Positions 1 through 14,675 of a stretch of 64,000 nucleotides of DNA are shown here, in pieces. Every line of letters starts with the position of its first letter. Position 1 is the stretch's first letter. The notes beneath the pieces were generated by a model. That model did no database searches. It saw nothing but the letters and a program-made list of their open reading frames with translations, and had not been told where the DNA came from. This DNA comes from the human T2T-CHM13v2.0 reference genome, Homo sapiens. A program made the translations under genes and the position numbers. The stretch is from assembly GCF_009914755.1 (NCBI RefSeq), contig NC_060934.1. One strand, 5' to 3'.

Positions 1-640
1 AACCATCTGATGATCAACAAAGTTGACAAAAATAAGCAATGGAGAAAGGACTCCTTATTCAATAAATGGTGCTGAGATAACTGGCTATCCATATGCCAGA
101 GAATGAACCTGGACCCCTTGCTATCAGCGTATATAAAAATTAACTCAAGATGGATCAAATATTTAAATGTAAGACCTCAAACTATAAATATCCTAGAATA
201 AAACCTAGGAAATACCCTTTTCGACATCAGCTTTGGCAAATAATTTATGACTAAGTCCTCAAAAGCAATTGCAACAAAAACAGAAATTGACAGTTGGACC
301 TAATTAAACTAAAGAGTTTCTCCATAGCAAAATAAACTACCAACAAATTAAACAGACAACCTATAGAATAGGAGAAAATATGCACAAACTATGCATCCTG
401 CAGAGGTCTAATATCCAGAATCTATAAGGAAATTAAACAAATCAACGAGAAAAAACCAAATAACCCCATTAAAAAATGAGCAAAGGACATGAACAGACAC
501 TTCTCAAAAGAAGACATACAAGCAGCCAAAAACATAAGAAAAAATGCTCATCATCACTAATCATCAGAGCAATGCAATCCAAACCCACGAGATACTATCT
601 CACACTTGTCAGGATTGCTAATATTAAAAAGTCAAAAAAT

Positions 641-924
641 GACAGGCGTGGTGGCTTACATCTGTAATCCCAGCACCTTGAGAGGCCGAGGCGGGTGGAT
701 CACGAGGTCAGGAGTTCAAGACCAGCCTGGCCAAGATGGTGAAACCCCGTCTCTACTAAAAATACAAAAATTAGCCAGGCGTGGTGGTGGGTGCCTGTAA
801 TCCCAGCTACTCGGGAGGCTGAGGCAGAGAATTGTTTGAACTCAGGAGACGGAGGTTTGCAGTGAGCTGAGATTGCGCTACTATACTCCAGCCTGGGCAA
901 CAGAGTGAGACGCCGTTTCAAAAA
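641..924 (+). mobile_element. AluS (AluSg-like) nested in L1PB
   Basis: Full dimer; cacgaggtcaggagttc..ggccaagatgg; TSD aaaaagt(c/a)aaaaaat at 626-640 and 925-939. Confidence 0.95.
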
Positions 925-1052
925 AAAAAGTAAAAAAATAATAGATGTTGGCAAGGATACAGAGAAAAGGAAATGCTTATTTACTGTTAGAATGTAAATT
1001 AGTTCAGCCACTGTGGAAAGCACTTTGAAGATTTCTCAAGGAACTAAAAACA

Positions 1053-1350
1053 GGCTGAACATAGTGGCTTATGCCTGTAATTCCAGCATCTCGAGAGGCT
1101 GAGGCAGGAGGCTTGCTTGAGCCCAGGAGTTCAAGATTAGCCTGGGGAAGATGGCGGGAACCCATCTCTACAAAAAATTAAAAAATTAGCTGGGTGCTGG
1201 TAGCATGTGTCTGTGATTTGACTATTTGGGAGGCTGAGGCAGGAGGATCCCTTGAACTCAGGAATTCAAGGTGGCAGTGAGCTATGACTGCATCACTGAA
1301 TTCCAGCCTGGGTGACAGAGTGAGACCCTGTCTCTAAAAAAAGAGAGAAA
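1053..1350 (+). mobile_element. AluJ nested in L1PB
   Basis: Dimer with J diagnostics (ttgagcccaggagttcaag, gaccctgtctct); imperfect TSD gaac(t/a)aaaaacag. Confidence 0.92.
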
Positions 1351-1924
1351 AAAAGAACAAAAACAGAGCTACCATTTGAGCCGTTTGATCTCAATACTGA
1401 GTATATACCCAAAAGAAAATAAACTGTCCTACCAAAAAGGAACATACATTCATTGCAGCACTATTCACAATAACAAAGACAGGGAATCAACCTAGGTGCC
1501 TATCGACAATGGATTGGGTAAGGAAAATGTGGTACATATATACCACAGAATACTATGTAGCCATAAAAAAGAATGAAATCAGTCATGTCCTTTGCAGCAA
1601 CATGGAAGCAGCTGGAGGCCATTATCCTAAGTGAATGAATGCAGAAGCAGAAAGCCAAATATTGCACATTCTTACTTATAGGTGGGAGTTAAACATTGGG
1701 TGCTCATGGACTTGAATATGGGAAGTGGGGATTGGGGACTACAAGATGGGTGAAGGAAGGAGTGGGGCAAGGACTGAAAAACTACCTATTGGGTACTATG
1801 CTCACTACCTGGGTGACAGTTTCAATTGTACCCCAAACCTCAGCAACAGGAAATATACTCTGATTAACAGACCTGCACATGTAACCCTTGAATCTAAAAT
1901 AAAAGTTGAAAAAAGAGATTAAAC

Positions 1925-3776
<1,852 letters not shown>

Positions 3777-3856
3777 TCTTTCTCTTCTTTAAAAGATCTA
3801 CTCTCATCTCCTCACTGAGTTTTGCCCAAACATTCTAGGTAGATCTCCTTCCCATG

Positions 3857-3910
3857 ATGACAACAAGAGTGAAACTCCAACTCAAAAAAAAAAAAAAAAA
3901 AGAAAGAAAA
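3857..3910 (+). mobile_element. Alu 3'-terminal fragment with poly(A)
   Basis: caacaagagtgaaactccaactc(A)n matches the AluSp/Sq terminus. Confidence 0.75.
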
Positions 3911-4572
3911 TAGATATAATGATAATACCTATGTAGGACAGTTGAAAAGATTAAGTAAGATAATACATGTAAAGCATGTGGCAAGTGATATTAAAATATC
4001 AGAAAGCAACATGGGTCAGTAACATATGACATATTCCTGGCAATGTGACCCCACTGGAATCTATAAAGAGTGGCCTGGCATTTAGACACATGAGTCACAT
4101 ATGTTTCCATGTGCCTTGAGTTGCCATGAAATTAAGTGATTTTTTTTTTTGTCCCTTAAAAACCACATCCTTTTAATAGAAAACTACAGCAAATACCATG
4201 CAATATGTGAAAAGGACCACTTATTTATTATCACTACATGTCAGAAACCATCTGGACCATTTTCTTGCAGCAGATGTTTGCCAAATTAACTTTGGAAACA
4301 GAATTCATGTAGGGTATTTCTGTTAGCACAATGAATGTAAGTAGGACAAATGCAGATACATTTTTCAAAACAATATTAAGCCTTATTACAGTCAGGTAAA
4401 AAAACCATGGTGACTGCACACATTCTTATAATTTGCTCAGAGAGCTCAGGAAGTGTCAATAAACTATCTCTTAATTTAAAAGAGATTAATTTAGAAATGA
4501 TATGAAATGCAAAAGATTTAAAACCTTGACCATGAAAGCTTAAAAACATTTAATTCATATTGTTCATGGTAA

Positions 4573-5088
4573 TGAGGCAGGAGAATGGGGAATTAGGGTA
4601 GCCAAGGGCTGGGGCATAAGCAAGAGAACAGCAGGTGCAGCCAGTTCTAGGCAAGATTGGGCAGCACACAGGCCTCATCTTCACCCCTGTGATAAGACGG
4701 AAGTCTCCACTTCAGCCTCTGATTGGTCGCAGGCCAATCCTTTATAGGATATCACCAATTGGAGGCCCCTAAAGGGCACTTAGGGGTGTTACCAAATTCT
4801 TTTGGCTTTATACAAATCCTGGGGAGCCTTGCAACAGAAGAGGCTCTCCAGCCGCTTGCTTGAGCTCGCTCCCATTTTGTAATTGTACTTCCGCCTCTTC
4901 ATAAATCTGTGCCTTCGTTACTCTGTTCTTTAGTTGCTTTGTTTGCCTTTTGTTGCTTTGTTCCTTTGTTGCTTCGTTCCCTTGTTGCTTCATTCTCTTT
5001 TTGCTTTGTTTGTGCATTTTGTTCAAATTTTTGTTCAACACACCAAGAACCTGGACAACTCACAGTTAAGACCTTCCATCTGGTAAAA
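4573..5088 (+). mobile_element. ERV1 MER4-group solo LTR (MER51/MER61-like)
   Basis: Starts tgaggcaggagaat; CCAAT boxes; ends ttgttcaacacaccaagaacctggacaa...tggtaaaa; near-TSD gtaa/gtga. Confidence 0.85.
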
Positions 5089-5116
5089 GTGATGGTAATT
5101 GTTAAGACATATGTTC

Positions 5117-5426
<310 letters not shown>

Positions 5427-5654
5427 TGCTGATTGTTAAAGAGTATTTTATTCTCTTTCATTCACAGATGTACTGTGTTAGGGACTGGGAAATAAAAAAA
5501 TCTATTGAGAATTAGCTTCTGCCCTCAGGGATCTTTTAGTCTCATAGAGAAACAGGTAAACAAATATAGACAGTGTTATCCAGGGCTAAGATTCAGGTAT
5601 GCCTCAGATCCTAGGGAAGCCCCCCAAAAACAACCATAACAACCAGACCAATGG

Positions 5655-6240
<586 letters not shown>

Positions 6241-6844
6241 GTTTAAAAGATTGAAATTCCCCAGGCCTCCCTCAAAAAACCAGACCAAGGGCCAGGGAAT
6301 ACTTCTTGAAGGACGTGAAATTTGAGAGACAGGGAAAGTTTGCAGAGCAAAAGCAAGCAGGAAGTGGGGGTAGGGGAGTAAGATCATCAGCAACTTGTCA
6401 ATTTTTGTAATCACCACAGTACAATAAGATAATTATGACTGTAATATCTAATAATTAAAAATTTTCAATCGCTAATATTTTCAACAGGCTTATTTTAAAA
6501 TCCAATATTTGCCTTCTGTAGAGTCAGAATTCTGGAACATAAAAGGATGTTTATCATCTTTTTAGTCTATTTCCAATATGAAAAACCTTTAAAAAATACC
6601 AAGGTAATACATATTTAATATAGAACATTTAGATAAGCAAAAGAAGGAAAAAATTCACCTTTAATCCTATTCTAAACTGTCATGAATATTTTGTAACTAA
6701 ATTCTTGCAAATGCTCATGATTATTTCCTTGAACTAGATTAGGATAAACTCCAAGATGAGAATGCAAATTTAAAGAAAATGATTATTTTAAGGGCTTTGA
6801 CTAATGTTAACAAAGACGGAAAGATTGTGTTCATATTTGAAAGC

Positions 6845-7105
6845 CTAAGCTCTGGAGTAGATTGCCGAGTTTTTGTTGCTACTGTCCACCATTACTAATT
6901 CTCGCCATTTGGCAGATCCTGTATCTTTCTAGAAGCTTTTGCTTCTTTATTGACCAGTGGAGAATCTCAGCTTTGGCTCATCATCTATCATGCCTGTACC
7001 ATGGAGTGGCCATTAGGATTACAATGGATAATCTCTGTAAAGAATTTATTACAGTGCTAACACACATTAAGCATTCAGTAAAGTTCAACTATTATTACTA
7101 TTACT
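6845..7105 (+). mobile_element. MIR
   Basis: Degenerate MIR core and 3' end (tgtaaag...acagtgcta..cacattaagcattcagtaaa). Confidence 0.55.
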
Positions 7106-7404
7106 GTTGTTATTATCACATTCTTCCTAGCAATACAGAAAAATGCCCATTTTGCTCTGCCTTTGATAATAGTGGCAAAAAAAGCATTTCTAGCTTGATA
7201 GATGAAAATGGTGCTTGCTTTAATTTGCAATTCTTTATTAACCCACAACCCCCTTCTTAAAAAAAAAAGATGAAGGGCTCAAGGACACCCAACAAATTAT
7301 TAGAAGAATTAAAACTAGCACCCCGATTGCCTGATTTATAGACCATTGCTCTTGCTAGTTCATTGCTCAGCCTTGAAAGGCAATATAGCTCATTTGTCTA
7401 ATGT

Positions 7405-7630
7405 GGCCCCTGAAGTCAGCCAGCCTGGGTTCAAATCTCAGCCCTTACTACTTTCCAGCTCTGTGATCTTGGACCTTTCCTTCCTGCAAAGAGAGAGTTA
7501 GTAACTTCTCTGGGCCCTAGTTTCTTGCTTTATAAAACAAAGATACTGAAATTAAAGGTCATTCTAAGTATTAAATTAGTTAATTCATATTAAGTGCTTA
7601 GAACAGGGACTAGCAAGTATGAAGTGCTCA
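7405..7630 (+). mobile_element. MIR
   Basis: cctgggttcaaatctcagc...ctgtgatcttgg...aagtgcttagaacag. Confidence 0.7.
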
Positions 7631-8001
7631 TGGGGCTCTAGCCTGTTGGATGTGCCACCCTCCTGGATCACACTGACTTTCTTATAAGGCATTTGCCTGC
7701 TCATATAGCTCAACTGCCTTTAACACTGGAGTTGGGAGAGTAGTTTGGGAACTGGTGTGGACTTCTCCCAAAGTTAGGCAGCTGTAATGAAATAGAATGC
7801 ATAGCTGATCACAAGGTCTTTGCCTGGAAGGCAGGTTCAGAGTGACATGATTAATTTATTTCACAGAAGCTTCCATATTTATGAACATTCAGAGACAGGA
7901 ACAACACACAGAACCAGAGCAAAAGCACACTCACTCCACCCATTCCCAGCAATCTGCTGTTCCTTAGGTTTACCCACATATTGACTTAAAAGTCTTTCAG
8001 G

Positions 8002-8315
8002 GGCCAGGCGCGGTGGCTCACACCTGTAATCCCAGTACTCTGGGAGGCTGAGGCAGGCAGATCACTTAAGGTCAGGAGTTCGAGACCACCCTGGCCAACA
8101 TGGCAAAATCCCGTCTCTACTAAAAATAAAAAAATTAGCTTGGCATGGTGGCAGGATCACACCTGTAATCCCAGCTACTTGGGAGGCTGAGGCAGGAGAA
8201 TTGTTTGAACCCCGGAAATGGAGGTTGCAGTGAGCCAATCGTGCCACTGCACTCCAGCCTGGGTGACAGAGCAAGACTCCATCTCAAAAACAAACAAACA
8301 AACAAACAACAAAAA
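8002..8315 (+). mobile_element. AluSx-like
   Basis: Dimer with (CAAA)n tail; TSD aaaagtctttcag at 7988-8000 and 8316-8328. Confidence 0.95.
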
Positions 8316-9113
8316 AAAAGTCTTTCAGAACCTAACCTGTCTACAAGTAGAAAAACTTGTTAAATCCCAGAGTGGAATCAGTTATAGAATCTAGCTGGGA
8401 TTTTTCTTTGTCCTAACCATAGTCTTTTAAAAACAGTGTCTATTTACAGAGACAAATACTGGAACCTGGTTCTTATTGTGACTGCTTGTGTTTCAAATCA
8501 AAGACATTTTAGAATCATAAGGAAAAAGTTGCAAAGACAAATTTTTAAATAACCATGGATGTCCAATTTCACTAAAAATAAAATCTCTATTTTAAAAATA
8601 AAGAAGATAACATAACCTTCCTTAAAGATGCTGATATAGCCATTAGTCTGACAAATATGCATTACATCTAAATGCTGAATATTGTGCAACTTAACTTTTG
8701 CCATTTCACATATTTCTGAGAGAATTACAGACAATTATCAGTTATTTGTTTTTAAGATAAAAATATTAACCCTATTCTTTAAAAAAATCTTTTATAATTG
8801 AAATTATCTAAAACACCAATGATTCTAATCAATATGCAGGCATTTTGCAAGCAAGTATTTATAGCAAAAATGTTCATTTAAAAAAATGTTTGAGTAGAAA
8901 AAGTCCAGGAGCAAAAAAATAAACTTCCATTCTCACAGTATGGAAGTATTGAAAGTGAAAATCCATCAGAAAAATAGGTTGATGGCTTGGTCCACCCATA
9001 CCCATACTGACAGTAAATAAGTGAATTTAAAATGAAGATGAGAAACCTTTGTGCAGAGGTAGGAGGTTAATTATCAGTGAAACATTGTAAAGCAATCTTT
9101 CAGAAATCACTGG

Positions 9114-9410
<297 letters not shown>

Positions 9411-9981
9411 TCCTTGGACACTTTACTAAGCTCTGACATCAGTATTAGTCACCAAGATAAAGTGTGTGCTGTAGAGTGACATGATGGCATTGTTTTATAG
9501 GCAGAGTGCTTAGAAAACACCCAAAGTAGAGGTCTTTAAGGGAGGGCACTGTCTAATTGATTGCTCAGATATGTTGCCACATTTAGAAATACATTAGCCA
9601 GTATAACTCGTTTTCAGTTATTTCTGATTTTCCTTTTGTTGGGGTTGAATTCAAATCAGGAATAAATGAAAATAAGTTATTAAATTAAATTTCATATAAG
9701 AGAGCACTAGTATTTTACATAAACAATGTGACAAACTAATCCAATTACAAGGATCATCAGAGAAATTTTTTAAAGTATGGATTGTTTTCATAATTATGTC
9801 ACGTCTCTTCTTAAGCTCTTCACCTTTTTATATATCTGGTATTAATATTCCTACCTTAAATCATTTTTGATTAACATTTGTTTTATACTTTATATCTTTT
9901 TCCTACTTTTTATTTTCAACCTTTGAGATAAATATTATATAGCTGGGTTTTATTTTTTCATCTAATTCAAGGGCTTGGAAA

Positions 9982-10310
9982 TCCTTCCTTTCTTTCTTTC
10001 TCCTCTTCTCTTCTCTACTCTTCTTTTCTCTTGTCTTCTCTTCTTTTCTTTCTTCTTTTTAAGGGACAGGGTCTCTATCACCCAAGCTGGACTGCAATGG
10101 CCTGATCAAAATTCACTGTAGCCCCGATTTCCTGTGCTCAAGTGATCCGCCCACCTGAGCCCCTGGAGTAGCTAGAACTACAGGGGGATGCCATGCCACC
10201 ACACTAGCTAATGTTTGTATTTTTTGTAGACAGAGGTCTCCCTTTGTTGCCATCCTCCCACTTTGGCCTCCCAAAGTGCTGGGATTACAAGAGTGGGCCA
10301 CTGTGCCAGG
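9982..10310 (-). mobile_element. AluJ with internal deletion and CT-rich tail
   Basis: Antisense Alu; left arm lacks ~25 nt; TSD cttggaaa. Confidence 0.9.
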
Positions 10311-10317
10311 CTTGGAA

Positions 10318-10945
10318 ACTGTTTCTTATCCACCAAAATCTATTTTTCTATTCTTCTACAGTAATAAAGTTGTAACTGGGCTGTTGCTATCCAATAAGGA
10401 GCTACATTTCCCGGCCTCCCCTTGCAGCTTGGATTCTAAGTTGTTGCCAGTGAAATGTGAGTAGATGTGATATCTGCATTTGCTGGCTTTGCTTGTATGC
10501 CTTTTGAGTCAGAACTTAGATATGCCTTTTCCTATCTTCAAGTATGCAGATGAGGACAACACTGTGAAGGATTGTAGACAAGTGATATGGAAAGAAGTTG
10601 GATCTCTGGATGGACTGGGGAACAGAGTTGCCCATTGATTTAGAGCATTGACTTCTGCTATATTATATTCTTTAAGACATTAGATTATTGTTGGATCTTT
10701 TTATTTTTTATTTGAGACAAGATCTCACTTCATCACCTAGACTGGAGTGGAGTGGTGCAGTCATGGCTCACTGCATCCTCCACACTTTGGGCTCAGGTGA
10801 TCCTCTCACTTCAGCCTTCCAAGTAGCTGGGACTACAGACACAAACCACCATGTCCAGCTAATTAAAAAAATTTTTTTTTTGCAGAGACAGCGTCTCCCT
10901 ACGTCACCCAGGCTGGGTCTTTTTGTTATAGTAAACTTATCTTGC
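10318..10945 (+). mobile_element. MLT1 (MaLR) LTR, old subfamily, interrupted by a truncated Alu
   Basis: ctacatttcccggcctccccttgcagct...gccagtgaaatgtgagtagatgtga; end ...ttaagacatt..tgggtctttttgttatag. Confidence 0.65.
10699..10914 (-). mobile_element. 5'-truncated AluJ
   Basis: Right arm plus part of left arm; TSD tgg(a/g)tctttt. Confidence 0.85.
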
Positions 10946-11094
10946 CCCATGGCACTTACCATATAACATATTCTACACAGGATTTTCATCTATTTTATTC
11001 TGTTTCCTATTGATTTGTATCTATTAGATTAAAAGCCCCTTGAAGAAAGAGGACATGACTTCTACTTTTGTACACCATGTTAGTGCTGAGCATA

Positions 11095-11835
11095 TTTTCT
11101 CTTTGAACAATTATTTTCTGAGCCCCTAGTGGGTGCCAGGAAATGTACTAGGAAGTAGGCGCATAGTGGGGAACAAACAGAAAAGTTTCCCACTCTTTAG
11201 TATTGCGGGGAGCTGGACATCAAACAAACAGAATAAATATGTAATTATGATAAAGAAAAGTACAGGGCATTCTGAGACCTAATTTATATTGGGAGCTCAG
11301 AAAGACTTCTCTGAGGAAGTGATTTTTCAGTTGAGACTTGATGGCTGAATAAGAGTTAGGTGAAGAGTGGAAGGGAAGACCACTGCAGACACGGAACAGC
11401 GTAGGCTAAAATCAGCGGCAAAGACCGTGGTGCGTTCACAGAACTAAGTGAAGGTCAGTTAGGTTGAGTGTGGTGAGTGAAGTGGAAACTGGGGTGAAAT
11501 GAGCCTGGAGGAGTTGTCAGAGGCCCAAAGATACAGTGTCTTGAAAGATTTGATATCTCATTCCAGTCTTGGCAGCCACTGAGGGATTTTGATTTAGTTT
11601 GCACTTAAAAACATTTCTCTGGATTCCGGGCGAAGGACTGATTATAAGGGAGAGAGAATGGGAATAAACCGATAACCGGAAGCGCCTTGGCAAGAAATGA
11701 CTGGCCTGGAACGGGGTGGTAGCCATGGGGAGAGAGGGAAGAGGAGGGACTCAAGATGTAGTCTGGAGGTGGAAGTAGCAGGACTTGGAAACACCATGTC
11801 TGGAGGAGGGGTGGTGGAGGAGGGGAAGGTGGCAA
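11095..11835 (-). mobile_element. L2 3' region
   Basis: aacaattattttctgagccc...gtgccagg...ctcagaaagacttctctgaggaagtgat...ttgagacttga...ggaagtagcaggacttgg. Confidence 0.8.
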
Positions 11836-13119
11836 CAGATCATTCTTAAACTGATTTATTCATTTCTTTCACCCACTTAAATGGAGGAGGAAAACGGTCT
11901 CATGGATCTTTCTTCTGTGATTTTCTTTGAGTAAACACCTACCCTATAGCCACCTAAACCTGGCTGTCCCACCTGAAGTATTCCATTCTGCATTCTATCT
12001 TGGGCTAGTGGAATTTTCCTTTCCAATTGGATTGTTAGATTGTGCGAGGGAGAGAACTGTGTTGCTTTCATCTCCTGTCCTACATAGCACCTAGCATGGT
12101 GCTTTGCACAAAGCAGATGCTGAGAATCATTTCTGAAATACATTTCTTTTGAGTGCTTTGTAAGAAATATATTTTTCTTCAGCTGCACAAGAAAAATTTT
12201 ATTTTCCTTTAGTCTTTCAGTTTTTAGCCCACTGGTAAACTGCAGTGCATTTGGGATATTGGTTATACATTCAAGTGAATTTTTCCTTTCCTCTTTGATT
12301 TTAGTGCATAGTAGAATCAAGTTGTTGGACCAGTAAAAAGCCCAGTGCCTCATCCAAGTCTGGTATTCATATCTGTGAGGCGAGAACTACTGACGAGCAC
12401 ACTGAAACATTTTGCACATGTGTTTTTCTCTTTTGCCTCTGTGGTAAGGCATTTTCCTAGCTGTGCTTTGGATTTTTCCCATTCCAGTTTTGAAATTTCC
12501 ACATGGGATTTAGCCACTTGGTGAACTGCTCCCAGATCCCCTGCATACTATCAGAGTCAGCTTCAGCCATAAGATTCTTGGTATTTTTCTGGTTCTTTGA
12601 GCCTGTCTTCACTGTCCCACCTCACTGGCTTCATTGCCTTTATTCTTTCCCAATATTTCATGGTTGTAACCTGTGAACTTTTTCTTTCAACAGTTCTCTA
12701 TCCTCAGGAAAGCACTCTGTCTTGTCTGTTCCATGGTTTTTGATTTTGACTCTGTTGCTAGCCAGCTGCGACAGTTGCCACTTGAACCAGTGTGGGCTAT
12801 TTTTCTTTAGCTGTGTCTGTTTCTCGTCTTCCTCTGCCTTGACATTGTTTCAGACATAGTTTTTAATTCAACAGAGTTTTTCTCGTAATTCTTAGATGCT
12901 GATTCCAGTCTGTCTCTTTAAAATAAAGCCAATTTTGTCCATTTCTTTATTTTTTCTATTTGGCAATGTTGAGATTGCCACTGCTCTTGACAGCTGCTAT
13001 TCAGTATGTCATTACTCAGCCTTGGAAGTAATTTTAGAATGTCTTGTGCCCCTGACTCTGGAACACTGTGTCCCAAGGGTGGTGCATCCGAAGGATGTGG
13101 GGATGACCTGAAGAAGAAT

Positions 13120-13345
13120 CTGTGACATTTGTACAGTGCCTTACAAGTTACAGGGGACCTTTAAGTATGTGATCTTGCTTAGTGCTTACAATAAGCATAT
13201 GAGGGTGGCAGGGCATTATAATGCCTGTTGTAAAGTCAAGGAACTTGAGATCATAAAGTTAAGTATTTTCCCAAAGTTGCCCAGCTAGAAGGTGATGGAG
13301 AAAGGTTTGAACATATGTCCCACCAGTGCTCTTCATGCTATAGAA
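13120..13345 (-). mobile_element. MIR
   Basis: gaacttgagatcataaagttaagtattttcccaaagttgcccagctag. Confidence 0.65.
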
Positions 13346-13369
13346 TTCTGTCTTTTTAATATCATTTCA

Positions 13370-13790
13370 ATTTCAGGCTGGGAAGGACACTGTAGGTTGC
13401 AGGAGCAATTGGATCCAGGAACTCAAACAATGTTGTCAGGGCCTAGTCTTTCTTCTCGTTTGGCTCTGCCTTCCTCTGAGTTGATTTTTCTTTTATCCAG
13501 GCTCTTCCCTTGCAGGGCAGTGTGGCTTCTAACAGCTCTAGGACAATAACCTTCAATTCAGAGGAAAGGAGAACATGCCCCTTCTGGCAGGAGTACAGAA
13601 CTTGCTTCTCATTGTCTCCAATTGGGTTATATGTTTGCCTCTGAACCAATCACTGTGGTCAGAGGCTTGGGTGCTCTGATTGGGCAGGCCTGAGGCATAT
13701 GACCTCTAGAGAGCCACAGGGGTAATCAACCAGGCTTAAATTCCATGGCAGGAGAATCGGGGAAAAGTGGTTTCCCAGAAGAAAATCGAG
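13370..13790 (-). mobile_element. MLT1 (K/L-like) LTR
   Basis: tggatccaggaactcaaacaatgtt...ctctgaaccaatcactgtggtcag...ctctgattgggcaggcctg. Confidence 0.7.
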
Positions 13791-13835
13791 AACAAAAGTA
13801 ATGCTTGTTGGGGAGACAAAGACCTGAGATGCCCT

Positions 13836-14287
13836 CTGTGCTGGATATTTCTCATTTGCCCCTCAGATCTACTCACCACCCATCTCTGCGCCTCGGGAGT
13901 CTAACTCATGTATATTACGTTGATAAGCTTTCTTTCCCTCAAGCTTCCAATTGAATTTGGCCAATGGAGAACTCTGGCAGATTAGAGTCAAGCAGATGTG
14001 TGAGGGAGGGGTGTTTATTCCACCAGCCCCTTTCCAGAAAGGGCCCTACCTGTAAATAAAGTTCACAGTGCCCACCAGGCAACCCTCTTGACACAGTTTG
14101 TGCCATCTCCAGGTGCTGCTGCTTTCTTTGCTTTTTCAAGACAGAATGGTAACACCCCTGGGGTTTGGCACAATCCCTTTTAGTTTTTCTACACTCTGCT
14201 CACACTTTTATAAATGATCCCCTTATTAAACTCAAGTTCCCAAATAGGAGTGCATCATCTAACTCCTGCCACGACCTGAATGATATA
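13836..14287 (+). mobile_element. LTR33-like ERVL LTR
   Basis: tgtgctggatatttc...cagatctactc...tttggccaatgg...ttattaaactc...gagtgcatcatct..tgata. Confidence 0.75.
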
Positions 14288-14399
14288 CCCTTTATAAGCA
14301 GAGAAGTAAAAGTCACATTCATGTCAAGTGAAAAATGATTTGGTTCATCTGGGGGCGTTAGCTCAAGAGTTGAGAAGATTTAGGTGAGGCATGTTGACT

Positions 14400-14675
14400 G
14401 TATTCAAAATCAATGCAAAGGGTGGCCACAGGGAAGAGGGAGCAGCATGGTTTTGTGTGGCTTCTTTCAAATCAGAGTTGTTAGGTTTCCAACAAATAGT
14501 GCTGTCTAAAAATGAAGCAAGCTGCCCAAAAGGTAATGAGTTCACCATCACTGAAGGTATTCAGCTGGACATCTTTAGTGACATCCACCTGTTAAGGGTT
14601 TTTGTGAAGGGGATTCCTTCATCAGATCGTAGGTGAATTAAATTACCTTGAGAGTCCCTTCTTAGAGTTCTATTC
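14400..14675 (+). mobile_element. L3/CR1 3' end
   Basis: ggtaatgagttcaccatcactgaaggtattcag...gaaggggattcc...gtcccttc. Confidence 0.6.

Larger units (their letters stand above)
1..1915 (+). mobile_element. L1 3' portion (ORF2 end + 3'UTR), L1PB-like, interrupted by two Alus
   Basis: L1 ORF2 C-terminal sequence (aataaatggtgctg..., gaacagacacttctcaaaagaagac); terminus gaatctaaaataaaagttgaaaaaa typical of L1PB. Confidence 0.9.

Noticed and set aside
11877-12353. 158-aa minus-strand ORF
   Set aside because: No recognisable homology, partly overlaps an L2 fragment, and its length is compatible with chance
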